A stretch of 63,308 nt of DNA, counting the filler, from Octopus bimaculoides (taxonomy: Eukaryota): assembly GCF_001194135.2 (NCBI RefSeq). It is 6 parts of 6 records of this genome, joined end to end, with 100 filler letters (N's around TTAATTAATTAA, not from the genome) between each part and the next. Parts side by side here need not be neighbours in the genome. Positions count along the whole stretch, not along the records: positions 10,333 to 37,324 come from NC_068991.1; 5 more parts are not named here. One strand, 5' to 3'. A program made the position numbers and the translations under genes. The notes beneath the pieces are model-generated. The model saw only the letters and a program-made list of their open reading frames with translations. It made no database searches and was not told the DNA's origin. Below, in pieces: positions 12,415-25,860 of this stretch. The first letter of the stretch is position 1. Each line of letters begins with the position of its first letter.

Positions 12415-13469
12415 TGTATGTATGTATGTATGTATGCATGTATGCATGTATGTATGTATGTATGTATATATAAATGTATGTACGTATGTACTCAGACACT
12501 GAGACGAAGACAGAAAGGGAGGGAGAGAGAAAGGGCGGACAGTGACACAAATCCAGATATTTGCGTGTGTTCATATACACTTAACTATATATGCACGTAT
12601 ATTTATATATAGGTTTGTGTGTTCTCTTTTGCTGTTTGTCATTTTAATGTATTCATATATCCCTTCAAATATGATTGTCTCTTCATCACTCTCACTCGCT
12701 ACCTCTTTTTTTCTCTCACTCTGCATATATGTATATATGTGGACGTATGTTTGTTATGAGTGTATGGGCAAGTATAAATATCATAACTATATACACATAT
12801 CTATCTCACAATTTATTTATGATTCCTCGTTTCTATATCTATCGCTGTTTTTACGTCCTTAAGTTTATTCATGCACACACACATACACACACACGCTCAC
12901 ACATACACACATACACATGCATGCATATATATATATATATATATATATANNNNNNNNNNNNNNNNNNNNNNNNNNNNNNNNNNNNNNNNNNNNNNNNNNN
13001 NNNNNNNNNNNNNNNNNNNNNNNNNNNNNNNNNNNNNNNNNNNNNNNNNNNNNNNNNNNNNNNNNNNNNNNNNNNNNNNNNNNNNNNNNNNNNNNNNNNN
13101 NNNNNNNNNNNNNNNNNNNNNNNNNNNNNNNNNNNNNNNNNNNNNNNNNNNNNNNNNNNNNNNNNNNNNNNNNNNNNNNNNNNNNNNNNNNNNNNNNNNN
13201 NNNNNNNNNNNNNNNNNNNNNNNNNNNNNNNNNNNNNNNNNNNNNNNNNNNNNNNNNNNNNNNNNNNNNNNNNNNNNNNNNNNNNNNNNNNNNNNNNNNN
13301 NNNNNNNNNNNNNNNNNNNNNNNNNNNNNNNNNNNNNNNNNNNNNNNNNNNNNNNNNNNNNNNNNNNNNNNNNNNNNNNNNNNNNNNAACTAAATATACG
13401 GATTACAACCCTGTCCACTTTCTATTTTCACCCATTCTCCTTACATTTGTTAATGTTGTTTTTTGTTGC

Positions 13470-13563
<94 letters not shown>

Positions 13564-13600
13564 GCTGCTGTTATTGTTGCTGCTGCTGCTGTTATTGATT
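13470..13600. repeat. (ATT)n microsatellite grading into (GCT/GTT)n
   Basis: Direct inspection. Confidence 0.95.
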
Positions 13601-14287
13601 TTATTATTTACTGTTTTTGTTGTATTGTCGTCATTGGTTGTGTTGCTTGAACTTTTTGCTCAAATCTCGCCTTTTCCCTTTTCTATGTATTTCTTTTATT
13701 TTTACATTTTTTTAATTTTCATTTTTAAGTTTTTCTTGCTTTTTTTTTCTACCTATACATTGCTGAAGCCTAAAGATTCCTATTATTGTGTGTGAAAAAT
13801 GGAGGAAAAATACACAAAACATAAATGAAAATGTAAGTAAAATAAAATTGTAAAAAAAATACTTGAGTGAATGTGAAATCATAGAATAGGTTTGTTTACG
13901 GTTAAGAAGAAATTTGCTGAGAAATGTTCCTGTTGACATAGACAAGAATAGTTTTGTACAATATGTGACTGCTTTAAGATTAGTGAAAAAAACAGAACTA
14001 GTAACTCTTGACTAGGTCGGGGAGAAGCGAGGTGAATATACAGATGTAGAGCATTGGTTCATATCTTGCTACAGATGCTGTTTTATCCGTCCATCTAATA
14101 TCATGGGAACATACTGATTACTAATTTAAACATCGCAGTCTCATATCACGGGAGCATACAGATTACTGATTTAAACATCGCATCATTATAAATATGGATA
14201 TGTTACTGTGATGTATTCAAGTTGGCTTCAATCTCTTCACACACCGATTGAAGACACAAAAATATTAATATTCAAAAACTTACATAG

Positions 14288-14615
14288 TCTGGCACTCCGT
14301 CGCTTACGACGACGAGGATTTCAGTTGATCCGATCAACAGAACAACCTGTCCGTGAAATTAACATGCAAGTGGCTGAGCACTCCACAGACATGCGTACCC
14401 TTAACGTAGTTCTCAGGAAGATTCAGCATAACACAGAATGTGACAAGGCTGGCTCTCTGAATTACAGGTATTACTCATTTTTGCAATGTGAGGAGTGGAC
14501 TGGGGCAACGAGAAATAAAGTATCTTGTTCAAAGACACAATGCACTGCCGGGAACCGAACTCACGTCTTACGATCGTGAACCAAATACCCTAACCACTAA
14601 GCCACGCGATTTCAC
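14288..14615 (-). mobile_element. SINE type D (tRNA head, CORE-like segment, distinct 3' body)
   Basis: Minus strand: gtggcttagtggttagggt (A-box), gagttcggttcc (B-box), tgtgtctttgaacaagatactttatttc..ccagtccactc, body gtggagtgctcagccacttgcatgttaatttcac shared with 59989-60348. Confidence 0.85.
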
Positions 14616-14651
14616 ATTCAAAATTAATATCAATATTTTAAGGAAGGATCA

Positions 14652-14869
14652 ATATTCTTTTCTACTCTCGGCACAAGGACCGAAAATTTGAGGAAGGGGG
14701 CCAGTCGATTAGATCAACCTCAGTACGCAGCTGGTACTTAATTTATCGATCCTGAAAGGATGAAAGGCAAAGTCGACATCGCTGGAATTTGAAACAGAAC
14801 GTAAAGACAGACGAAATACCGCTAAGCATTTCGCCCGGCCTGCTAACGTTTCTGCCAGATCGCCGCCTT
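14652..14869 (-). mobile_element. SINE type A, full-length
   Basis: Reverse complement of the type A head and core. Confidence 0.9.
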
Positions 14870-15468
14870 AAGGAAAGATCAATACTATTAAGGAAAGATT
14901 GTTAACTAATCTCCTGACTGTTACTTTTCAGTAATTGTCTGGTATTAACGATATTTTAGGTAATATTTTGATCATTTGCCTTCGTGCAATTTGGGCCTTC
15001 AGTTCTTTAAATAAAATATAGCTTCGGCATAATCCGTTCATAGTATATCAATGTTGGTGACTCTGCTTTTTCGAATTTCAAATGTAGAATTGTTTCTTCT
15101 ATCATCTCACCGTTGGTGAGATAATTATTGCAATATATATCAAGTAACAATGCGAGTCTTCTAATGTGACATCTTTGGAGAGACACTCTACTTTTGTGAG
15201 TATAAGTCAAATTTCAGTCATATATTCTTAGTGCGAAATAAAATGCTTTATCCAGAATTTGTAGTGTTACATGAAGATTGATTCAGTTATTACTTCAGTT
15301 ATTCTAGTTGCCATCTCTATATTTTCCAAATGTGAATTATTCCAATGCATACATTTATGTACTTTGGTATATGTGTTTACTTCTTACTTCTCGTTGTTTG
15401 CGTATTTAACCCGTTTGTTTTCGTACTTCATGTTGTTTAAACAGTTCGTGACGGTCTGTACCCATATA

Positions 15469-15520
<52 letters not shown>

Positions 15521-15925
15521 TAGATAGATAGATAGATAGATATACATACATATATATATTTATATACATGTATATATGTATATACATTCGCATATATATA
15601 TAGACGCATACATACACACACACATGCATACATACATACTTACATCCGTTCCCTCTCGGATGTCGTTATACATCGCTGTCCATAGTGCACTTCCAATTCT
15701 TTCTTGATTGCGCCCTTCTTTTCTATTTTGACCTAAATCGTTTGGCTAAATCATCTTCCCATCTGTGGAGGGTTTCGGAGTGGTCTTCTCCGAGTTCTTG
15801 GATCACAGTTGTAAACTGTATGCAAATATATAAGCATGTCCAAATACACACAAACATAGGTGCACACATATACACACGCTTAGAACCACGCATCCACATA
15901 CACACGCTTAGAACCACGCATCCAC

Positions 15926-15980
<55 letters not shown>

Positions 15981-16029
15981 TACATACATACATACATACA
16001 TACGTATGCATGTCTTTTATCCTTTTTTA

Positions 16030-16240
16030 CCTTTTACTTGCTTCAGTCATTAGAGTGCGACCATACTGCAACATCGCTTTGAAGAATTTTTATTCGAATG
16101 AATCGAGCACGGTACTCTTTTTTCAAGCCTGGTACTTATTCTATCGGTCTCTTTTTGCCGAACTGCTAGATTTCGGGGACGTAAACATACTAACACCGGT
16201 TCTAAATCGGTGGGTGGGGGGAACACAGATACAAACACAC
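16030..16240 (-). mobile_element. SINE type B, 3' body
   Basis: ttacttgcttcagtcatt..gcctggtacttattctatcggtctc..gccgaac matches 53276-53430 and 61807-61910. Confidence 0.8.
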
Positions 16241-16349
16241 ACATATGCACACGCACACGAAAACACACACACACACGCACATACATTCACACAAACACAT
16301 ACACACACATATACATATATATGTATATATATGTGTGTATATATATCTA

Positions 16350-16401
<52 letters not shown>

Positions 16402-17295
16402 AATCTATCTATCTATCTATCTATCTATATATATATATANNNNNNNNNNNNNNNNNNNNNNNNNNNNNNNNNNNNNNNNNNNNNNNNNNNNNNNNNNNNN
16501 NNNNNNNNNNNNNNNNNNNNNNNNNNNNNNNNNNNNNNNNNNNNNNNNNNNNNNNNNNNNNNNNNNNNNNNNNNNNNNNNNNNNNNNNNNNNNNNNNNNN
16601 NNNNNNNNNNNNNNNNNNNNNNNNNNNNNNNNNNNNNNNNNNNNNNNNNNNNNNNNNNNNNNNNNNNNNNNNNNNNNNNNNNNNNNNNNNNNNNNNNNNN
16701 NNNNNNNNNNNNNNNNNNNNNNNNNNNNNNNNNNNNNNNNNNNNNNNNNNNNNNNNNNNNNNNNNNNNNNNNNNNNNNNNNNNNNNNNNNNNNNNNNNNN
16801 NNNNNNNNNNNNNNNNNNNNNNNNNNNNNNNNNNNNNNNNNNNNNNNNNNNNNNNNNNNNNNNNNNNNNNNNNNNNNNNNNNNNNNNNNNNNNNNNNNNN
16901 NNNNNNNNNNNNNNNNNNNNNNNNNNNNNNNNNNNNNNNNNNNNNNNNNNNNNNNNNNNNNNNNNNNNNNNNNNNNNNNNNNNNNNNNNNNNNNNNNNNN
17001 NNNNNNNNNNNNNNNNNNNNNNNNNNNNNNNNNNNNNNNNNNNNNNNNNNNNNNNNNNNNNNNNNNNNNNNNNNNNNNNNNNNNNNNNNNNNNNNNNNNN
17101 NNNNNNNNNNNNNNNNNNNNNNNNNNNNNNNNNNNNNNNNNNNNNNNNNNNNNNNNNNNNNNNNNNNNNNNNNNNNNNNNNNNNNNNNNNNNNNNNNNNN
17201 NNNNNNNNNNNNNNNNNNNNNNNNNNNNNNNNNNNNNNNNNNNNNNNNNNNNNNNNNNNNNNNNNNNNNNNNNNNNNNNNNNNNNNNNNNNNNNN

Positions 17296-17351
<56 letters not shown>

Positions 17352-17382
17352 CTATATACATACATATATAAATGTATATATA

Positions 17383-18226
17383 CAAGGTTCGATGGGTAAG
17401 TAGTCACCGTTTTGCATTTTTAATTTCGTGTATGTGCACAGTATAGTAGGGTCAGCTGAGAAAAACAGCACCAGGACGCAATTCACTCTGCCAGAGATTT
17501 GGAAACGGCATGCTGTACTTGCTTGGCATTTGCGGAGGAAGCCCTAATACGAACATTTCAGAATGTTTGGGTGTCAATCTAAGGTCAGTGGAATCTGAGG
17601 ACATGTACAAAGAGTGATAAAAATCAAACACCCAGTGAACAGCGTAGTGTTTGGAGTGATCACAAGTGATGGCGACGTTATGCCCCCATTCATCTTCCCA
17701 CACAATCTCAGATTCAACACAGGCCCACATCAAGTGGCTGGAGGAGGTGATGCTGCCTAGGTCAAGAGCGTGGCTGCTGGAAGACCCTATGTCTGCAACA
17801 GGACTCTACACCACGCCACACAAGCAGGAGAACCCAGTCATGACTGTCAGACAATTTCTGCGATCACATAACCCCTAAAATTTGGTCAACTAACTTCTCA
17901 GGCTGCAATCCTCTTGTTTATTATGTGTGGGGCGCAGTTGAGCGAGAGACCAACAAAACTCCTTGTAACACCAAAGATGAACTGAAGGCAAAGATTATGG
18001 CAGCATTCACCAACTTAAACAAGGAGACCGTCCAGAAGAGTTGCAGGAGAATTCGAAGTAGTCTGAAGGGTGTGGCTGAAGCCATTGGCGATTTTATTGA
18101 ATAAATTTACTCTTTGGTATTTCAAGATATTTTTATATAATTTTGATAAATATATCTGTTAAAATGAGATATCAGTGTTATTTTCATTTTTACCTAATTT
18201 AGACCACAATATATTCACCGCACCCT

Positions 18227-18227
<1 letters not shown>
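17383..18227 (+). mobile_element. Internally deleted DD37D (maT) Tc1/mariner element
   Basis: TA on both flanks, degenerate TIR (caaggttcgatg / caccgcaccctg), transposase C-terminus QDSTPRH-...-CNPLVYYVWG with 37 residues between the D and the mutated second position, ending GDFIE*; central region missing relative to the 25-kb copy. Confidence 0.85.
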
Positions 18228-18321
<94 letters not shown>

Positions 18322-19199
18322 TATATATACATACATGAATATACTTCTTATCTGGCATTAAATTACACAATATACTTGATACATACGCACATAACCCCGT
18401 GTTAATGTATGTGTGAGTGTGTGTGTGTATGTATATATATACGTACATAGAAGCATAATTGTATAACAAATCATTTGCGAGTTCAGTTCCATCCGATTTC
18501 CCCGCATTAAATTGTGCCTGAATGAGTTGTTTTCCGCAAGAGTTCAACTGTATCTGTATGTAAGCTTATGCATGTACACGTGTGTGTGTGTGTGCGCGTG
18601 TGTGCGTGCGCGCGCGCGTGTTAGTATCTTAACTGTCAAGCATAATTATACGGAGAAAACTTGATTGAAATATATTTGGTTTAATCATTAGTTTTAGTGT
18701 GAAATTATAGTTATTATTGCTGCTACGGCCTTGCCACATGCTACTGCTGGTCGTCATCTTCGACGTCATCATTTGTCATCATCACCATCATCCTCATCGT
18801 CATCATCATCCTCATCATCATAGTCATCACCGTTAGTTTGATGACATGAATGGAAAAGAAAACTACAAAAGTATAAATGTGGGTGTAGGAGATGCTAAAT
18901 GGGTACGTGGGGGCGGTGTGAATAGAAAGAACGGGGATGTTGTTAAATATAATTATGACAAACATAAATCTGTCACTATATATTATTGTTGTTGATGATC
19001 TTATTATGGAGATCGTGAGGACGATGGGAGTGACGGTGATGGTGATGGTGGTGATGGTGGTAGCGGTGGTGGCGGCGGTTGGTGGCGGCGCCCGTGGTGT
19101 ATTGTTTTAGTAGTGGTGGAGTTGGTGGTGATTGTGAATGAGAAAGTTTATGGTGTGTTTAGTTCAACATTATGCGAAGGACCACGTATATACTTCATA

Positions 19200-19580
19200 A
19201 TGCTGCAACTGTTTATGATGATGATGATGATAATGGGGAGGAGGAAGAGAAAGATGATGATGATGATGATGATGATGGGGAGGATGAGGCTGATGTTGAG
19301 GAGGAGGAGGAAGAAGAAGAGAAAGATGAGACTGATGATGAGAATGATAATGATGATGATGATAAGGATGATGATGAGGATGATGATGAGGATGGGGATG
19401 AGGATGAAGAGGAGGAAGAGGAAGAGAACGGCGAGGATGATGATGATGATGACGGGGAGGATGAGGAGGAAGAAGAAGAAGAGAAAGATGAAACTGATGA
19501 TGAGGACGATGATGAGGATGAGGGTCATCATCATCATCATCACGGTCATCAACATAATCATCGTCGTCGTCATCATCACT
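19200..19580. repeat. Compound (GAT/GAG/GAA)n low-complexity tract with an internal duplication
   Basis: gatgatgatg(a/c)ggggaggatgagg..gaagaagagaaagatga(g/a)actgatgatgag occurs twice, about 170 bp apart. Confidence 0.85.
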
Positions 19581-20704
19581 GGAAGATGTGTCATAGGTGT
19601 TGGCAGTTGTGTAGGATATAACGGAACGCGGATGACGATGACGATGTATTGACAAAGATGATGGACTCCACCGCAGTTGCGTTGGCGATGATATTGATAG
19701 GAGTAGCTGCAATTGTTGTTGTCGTTGTTGTTGCTGTTGTTTAGGTCCAGGCCAACGACCATCAGACAAACCTATACAAATCAAGACATTCCAAACCAGA
19801 CCATTCCTTTTTATGACACGTACAGGACTACATTGTTCTAAAAACAAGGATGGTCCCCGTTTTTTTTAAATTTTATTTCTTTAACGCTATAAATCGAGTG
19901 AAATGTGGCTGTTAGGCTGCTATTTCTAGCAGATTTGCAACACAAATATTTGCCTTTGAGAACGACAATGATACACGCTTGCATACGCGCGCGCGCGCAG
20001 ACACACACACACACATACACACATACACACATTTACACACATACACACACACACACACACACAAATACACACNNNNNNNNNNNNNNNNNNNNNNNNNNNN
20101 NNNNNNNNNNNNNNNNNNNNNNNNNNNNNNNNNNNNNNNNNNNNNNNNNNNNNNNNNNNNNNNNNNNNNNNNNNNNNNNNNNNNNNNNNNNNNNNNNNNN
20201 NNNNNNNNTACAATCACATTTCATATACAGAAATACAAGGACGTTAAGTCATGATGATGATGAATATGGCGACGACGACGACGACGACAAGGATAGCGAA
20301 ATATTTCCCATCGCACTAGAAAGAACATTTTAGACAGATGTCTTGTCGCAATTCTGCACACACGCATCATGCACGCGCGCGCACACACACACACAAATGT
20401 AGATACATACTCAGGTCATATTCCGTCTCTCTCTCTCTCTCTCTCTTTCTCTCTTTTCCTCTCTCTCTCTCTTTTCCTCTCTCTCTTTCTCTTTGTCTTT
20501 CTCTCATACTCGCTCTTTGAATCTCTGTGTGATAATGATCCGTCCAATTCTTCGTAGCTCTCTTTTCTTAATTTCTTCAAGCTCAGTAACTTACCAGGTT
20601 CCATTCCTTCACATCATAAACTAATTCCCAATGCACATCTGTATGTATGCATAGATGTATGAGTGTATGTATGTGCTAATGTATGTGCGTGTACGTGTGT
20701 GTGC

Positions 20705-20738
<34 letters not shown>

Positions 20739-21780
20739 ATGTATATATATATATATGTATGTATGTATATATATATATATATGTATATATATGTATGTGT
20801 ATATATATATATATATNNNNNNNNNNNNNNNNNNNNNNNNNNNNNNNNNNNNNNNNNNNNNNNNNNNNNNNNNNNNNNNNNNNNNNNNNNNNNNNNNNNN
20901 NNNNNNNNNNNNNNNNNNNNNNNNNNNNNNNNNNNNNNNNNNNNNNNNNNNNNNNNNNNNNNNNNNNNNNNNNNNNNNNNNNNNNNNNNNNNNNNNNNNN
21001 NNNNNNNNNNNNNNNNNNNNNNNNNNNNNNNNNNNNNNNNNNNNNNNNNNNNNNNNNNNNNNNNNNNNNNNNNNNNNNNNNNNNNNNNNNNNNNNNNNNN
21101 NNNNNNNNNNNNNNNNNNNNNNNNNNNNNNNNNNNNNNNNNNNNNNNNNNNNNNNNNNNNNNNNNNNNNNNNNNNNNNNNNNNNNNNNNNNNNNNNNNNN
21201 NNNNNNNNNNNNNNNNNNNNNNNNNNNNNNNNNNNNNNNNNNNNNNNNNNNNNNNNNNNNNNNNNNNNNNNNNNNNNNNNNNNNNNNNNNNNNNNNNNNN
21301 NNNNNNNNNNNNNNNNNAGCTACCCAACAATCAACGAGAATTCTCTTCTGTTAAATTATTCGTGTAATAATGTTTTATAAGAGAATTATTTCCAGCGATA
21401 CACACACTTGCAACAGATACTTTTGTCTTTGATCCAACTGATGGAAGAACTCGTATCAGTGAAATTAAACGGAGTCATTGATATGCATGGGTGTGCGTTC
21501 GTGCGTGTATGTGTAACATATATATGTGTGTGTGTGCGTGTGAGTGTGTGTGTGTGTGTGCGTGTGCGTGCGTGTGTGTGTGTGCGCGTGTGTGCGTGTG
21601 TGCATGTGTGAGTGTGTGCGCGTGTGTGTGTGTGTTTAGTGTGTTTATGTATAATTATATATAGGTACTCGTGTATATATACAAACATATCTACCTATCT
21701 ACATACATACATACATACATACATATAGGTGTGTATGTATGTGTGCATGCATGTGTGCGCGCGCGCGCGTGAGTGTGTGA

Positions 21781-22118
21781 AGGCGCATAACTAAGTGGTT
21801 AGAACGTGGGGCTCACAATCATCATGTAATGAGTTCGATTATTTAACCGGACTGTGTGTTATATTCTTGAGCAAGACATTTTATTTTACGTCGCTCCAGT
21901 TCACTCAGCTGTAGAAATGAACTGTGACGTCACTGGTTGCCAAGCTGTATCAGCTTTTGCTTTTCCCTTGGAAATCGGTGGCATAAAATGGGGAAACTGA
22001 TATGCATGGGTGACTGGTGATCTCCCACAAACATCCTTGCCTAGGCATGTGCCTCGGAGGGGAAAATTCTAGGTGCAATCCCATGTTCATAATTGACCGA
22101 AGGGGGTCTTTATTTACT
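21781..22118 (+). mobile_element. SINE type C, full-length
   Basis: ctaagtggttaga (A-box), gagttcgatt (B-box), ttcttgagcaagacattttatttt..ccagttcactcagctgtagaaatga, tail gaccgaagggggtct. Confidence 0.85.
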
Positions 22119-22232
22119 TTATATATAAATCACTATCATTCTTGAGGGTTGTTTTTTTGTTTATATTTACTACGAATTGCTTGAAGCTAACTTTCTTCCT
22201 ACACCTCGATCCCTGGATCTTACAATTATATA

Positions 22233-23721
22233 CACTGGTCAATATAAGTTTAAGACCGATGATGACAGTTTTTTTCTCTCTTTCGAATGATATAGGCATT
22301 ATATATCTTTCTACAGCTTGAATAATTTTAATGCGCAATTAATTCAAATGATTAAAAATTGTTGGCATTATAAGTTTAAGACCATACCAACATTATTTTG
22401 TTTAAATTGAAAATTTACGGCACAAATGATCAACAAACAAAAATTTATTATTAATATCTAGTTCCATACCCGTTATTTTCAATTACGGCCTTACAACTGC
22501 GGGACATGGAGTTCAACAAATGAGCACAAAAATCACTTGGAATGTTCTGCCATATTTCTTCAATAAAATTATATAATTGGGACAAATTTGTTGGTTTTTT
22601 TAGCATGAACTCTTTTAGAAACATAATTCCATAAAGTTTCTATCGGATTCAAATCCGGGTTCTGCGGAGGCCACTCGATAATCACCATATTATTGCGCTC
22701 AAAATATTGCAAAAATTCCTAGCCTTATGAACGGGGCAATTGTTCTGCTGGAAAATAGATCCCAGTGGCACCTGATTATTTAAACATCGCAGCACATTTT
22801 CATTTACCAATTGCAGATAACCTACACTGTTCAGTCTGCCATCGATCTTAACAACTGGACCAACGCGGAAGCTGTTGAACGTGACCCACACCATTACCAT
22901 CCTGCTTGCGCCGTTTTCTTGACACACTTAAGATGTAATTCTTCAGTTGGATGCCATCTAACATAAGTCTTTCCGTCTGATCCAAAGATGCAGAAGCGGA
23001 ATTCGTCGGTTCAAAGAACTTTTGACGAGTTTTCAGCCGTCCTTTCAATATGGCTTTTAGCAAACTTCGATCCGGACGGTTTTTGACAGTTTGTGGTGTA
23101 AAGCTGATGTCAGCTTCATCAGATAATTGCTTGCAAATGTCCACTGCTGTTAGCATTCGTTTACCTTCAGAGAGCCTATGAATTCGTCGATCCATCTGTA
23201 CAGTTGTTTTTCTCGAAGCGCCTGTTCTTTGCAGATCTTTGTATTGACCAGTGGCTTGTGTTCAAGCTTCCATGCTTGAACACAAGCCATTTTATTGCAT
23301 TCTAATTACTTGCTAATGTTCATGAAGGACACATTTTGCTGATGAAGCAACACGATCTTTGATCTAGTAACTGAGCAGATACTATAACGCTTTCCCAGAG
23401 CGAATTAATGTGTAACAATACTTGATTATGAAACAAAATAGTGCAGTACTACCAGTCATATGACCACCCTTTGGTTTATTAATTTGTATAATCTTGGTAC
23501 GGTCTTTAAATTATTTTGCCGACAATTTCTAATCATTTTAATGAATTGCGCATTAGAATTAAATCGAATTGTAGAAAGATATGTAACGCCTATATCATTC
23601 GAAAGAGAAAACAAATTCTACATAAACTGTAAAAAGTAAAATAATTTTATAGTTTTGTTAAAAATATATTAATGAAGGAATAGAACTGTCATCATCGGTC
23701 TTAAACTTATTTTGGCCAGTG
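22233..23721 (-). mobile_element. Decayed Tc1 (DD34E) transposon with long IR/DR terminal repeats
   Basis: Long TIRs 22233-22396 and 23488-23721, each with outer and inner taagtttaagacc-like repeats; minus-strand transposase remnants MDRRIHRLSEG, MVWVTF, IFQQNNCPVHKAR, IEWPPQNPDLNPIETLWNY. Confidence 0.9.
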
Positions 23722-23828
23722 TGTATATATATATAGTCAGTTAATAAAAAAAAAACATATATCAGAAAGAAGCACACTCTAAAGAATAGAGCAGTAATTA
23801 TTACAATAAAAATTTTATATCTTGGACA

Positions 23829-23890
23829 TAGAGTTATCCGAGGTATCGCACCCACAAAGCAAAGCCGTGTGGACAGCTCGTCAGACTCTA
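23829..23890 (-). ncRNA. Minimal type I hammerhead ribozyme motif (damaged) in the 3' region of a Penelope-like element
   Basis: Minus strand: stem I tagagt/actcta (perfect), core CTGACGA, stem II closed G-C with ccac/gtgg, GATA in place of GAAA, short stem III cctcgg, triplet ATA. Confidence 0.65.
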
Positions 23891-24039
23891 TATAAATACA
23901 AAATTTAAAATATCGACGTCGCAGACATGAGGAAACGCTCAGTGGAATACATCTTAACAAAAAAAAAAAGTTAATGAAGACGGGTTATCTCCCTGAATCA
24001 GAGACAGAGGGGAACCCTTATAGACCCGAAGAGACCTAA

Positions 24040-24856
24040 CTAGCAAACGGGGAGATCCAATTTTCCAGTAAGCATCTCTTGAAGTGGATTCATTTAGAAA
24101 ACATTTCTATACGGCTGCTTAATGCGCCAGGTTTCTTATAGTCTTTAAGAATTTCGGCTCTCACTGCGATACAGATCTTGCAACGGCCACTTCCATTAAA
24201 ATATGGGCTCGGATGATCAATTAATTTCCGCCTAATGTCACTTGATCTTTGATCGTGCCATACATGGCGGGCCAGGAACGTGACAAACTGTCTTTCTGGG
24301 ATTCAGAAAGTCTGATGATTGGTGTTTAAGAAAACGTTGGTTGAACGAAGTACTCACAGAGCAATATATTTACACAGATGGGATGTGACTCTCTTCGCAC
24401 CAGTGGTAATATATGGCGCGGGGCTGGTCATCCCATCGGTGTCGAAGATAAATATTTGTTCATCTTCTGAGGTGGCGGAACTGGGAACGGCGGATACCTC
24501 CTCTAAGTCGCTGGTCCTGGATAGGTCATTATTTGAAGGTGCTGGTGGTAACATACATTGCGGGCCTGGTCACTCTATCTGTAACTATGGTTCGTTCATT
24601 ATCCGTGGCGGTGGTACCAGGGTCTTCGGTGACGCTCTCTATGATGCTGGTCCAGGACTGATTATTATCTCTGGGCGTGGCAACTGTATTGGCGTGAGAA
24701 CTGATTAATCTGCTAATAATATTGCTGCTTGATGATACATTACTGTTAGTGCGGATATCAGGTCTAGGTATCACCAAAGCCTCGTATATGAGCCCTTCAG
24801 CCTCGCATCGGCATCCAACTGGATAATTATTATATACCTTTCAAGAGCAACTTGCC
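24040..24856 (-). mobile_element. Penelope-like element fragment: GIY-YIG endonuclease domain
   Basis: CS*KVYNNYPVGCRCEAEGLIYEALV ... KYI(G)SVSTSFNQRFLKHQSS ... FLARHVW..IRRKLIDHPSPYFNGSGRCKICIAVRAEIL..LSSRIEMFSK*IHFKRCLL, matching the PLE GIY-YIG/cysteine-rich C-terminus; several frameshifts and stops. Confidence 0.8.
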
Positions 24857-24868
24857 CCCTCCCTTGTA

Positions 24869-25860
<992 letters not shown>

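Noticed and set aside
15638-15820. Minus-strand exon candidate with GAT|gtaagt donor
   Set aside because: No acceptor gives both a pyrimidine tract and a fully open frame.
15872-15928. 27-bp tandem duplicate; similar two-copy repeats at 2769-2940, 14103-14190, 27942-28190
   Set aside because: Two-copy slippage duplications with no spacers; not CRISPR-like and no functional signal.
19172-19621. 149-aa Asp/Glu-rich ORF with His-rich tail
   Set aside because: Built from (GAT/GAG/CAT)n repeats open in most frames on both strands; no non-repetitive domain.
23968-24042. Plus-strand gtta-atgaaga..cccgaag..taac fold
   Set aside because: Three core positions wrong and no NUH triplet.
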